From the NCBI GenBank assembly GCA_965113315.1, contig OZ220366.1: a stretch of DNA of 64,000 nt; one strand, 5' to 3'. A model generated the notes under the pieces. It worked only from the letters and a program-made list of their open reading frames with translations. It did not search any database and was not told the DNA's origin. This DNA is from Podarcis vaucheri (taxonomy: Eukaryota). A program made the translations under genes and the position numbers. This document shows, piece after piece, positions 63,811-64,000 of this stretch (the first letter of the stretch is position 1; every line of letters begins with the position of its first letter).

Positions 63811-64000
63811 CTTGTCATAGAAAGCTCACAGAAGCCAGTGCTCTCTAGGACTTGAGAAGAGCTGTCTTTTGAGGGGCCATTGTCCTATTCTGTAATTGCT
63901 GGCTCCTATAGTGATGGTGGATAGAGGCTCGTAACATTATACAGGAGGCAGCAACGAAAACCATCCCAATGAAAAGGAAATGGAAGAAAGCAAAGTGGCT

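Noticed and set aside
303-63818. Remaining 60-160 aa ORFs in the track
   Set aside because: Explained by exon read-through into introns, antisense frames of exons, transposon remnants or AT-rich noise.
1-64000. Nested MAB21L1 gene or the BEACH/WD40 exons
   Set aside because: No ~360-aa antisense ORF and no such motifs are present; they should lie downstream of this window.

Overview
This is eukaryotic DNA from a squamate reptile, probably a lacertid lizard, inferred from the Sauria SINE, BovB and CR1 repeat content. The whole window lies inside one + strand gene, neurobeachin (NBEA). I placed 25 consecutive GT-AG coding exons from 1600 to 58096 (4082 nt, about 1360 codons). All splice phases are compatible and there are no internal stops. 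They correspond to about exons 6-30 in human numbering (from memory) and cover the ConA-like region, ARM-like region, the PKA-RII-binding (AKAP) exon and a 9-nt GSK microexon. The gene starts and ends outside the window. Introns carry CR1, L2, L1, RTE and BovB LINE fragments, tRNA-derived SINEs and TA- or 8-bp-flanked MITEs, plus a 302-nt assembly gap. I see no new multi-gene system. The best leads are: (1) a candidate internal first exon at 57772-57838 that would give a short NBEA isoform with a Cys-rich N-terminus, within a motif-dense block at 57.6-58.1 kb; (2) a 9-nt microexon with neural splicing-factor motifs; (3) a CR1 copy with a twin-priming-type 5' inversion; (4) a MITE carrying ETS, NRF1 and CRE motifs; (5) two SINEs with different tRNA heads and the same CR1 tail. 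Repeat family names come from recognition rather than database search, and repeat boundaries are approximate.
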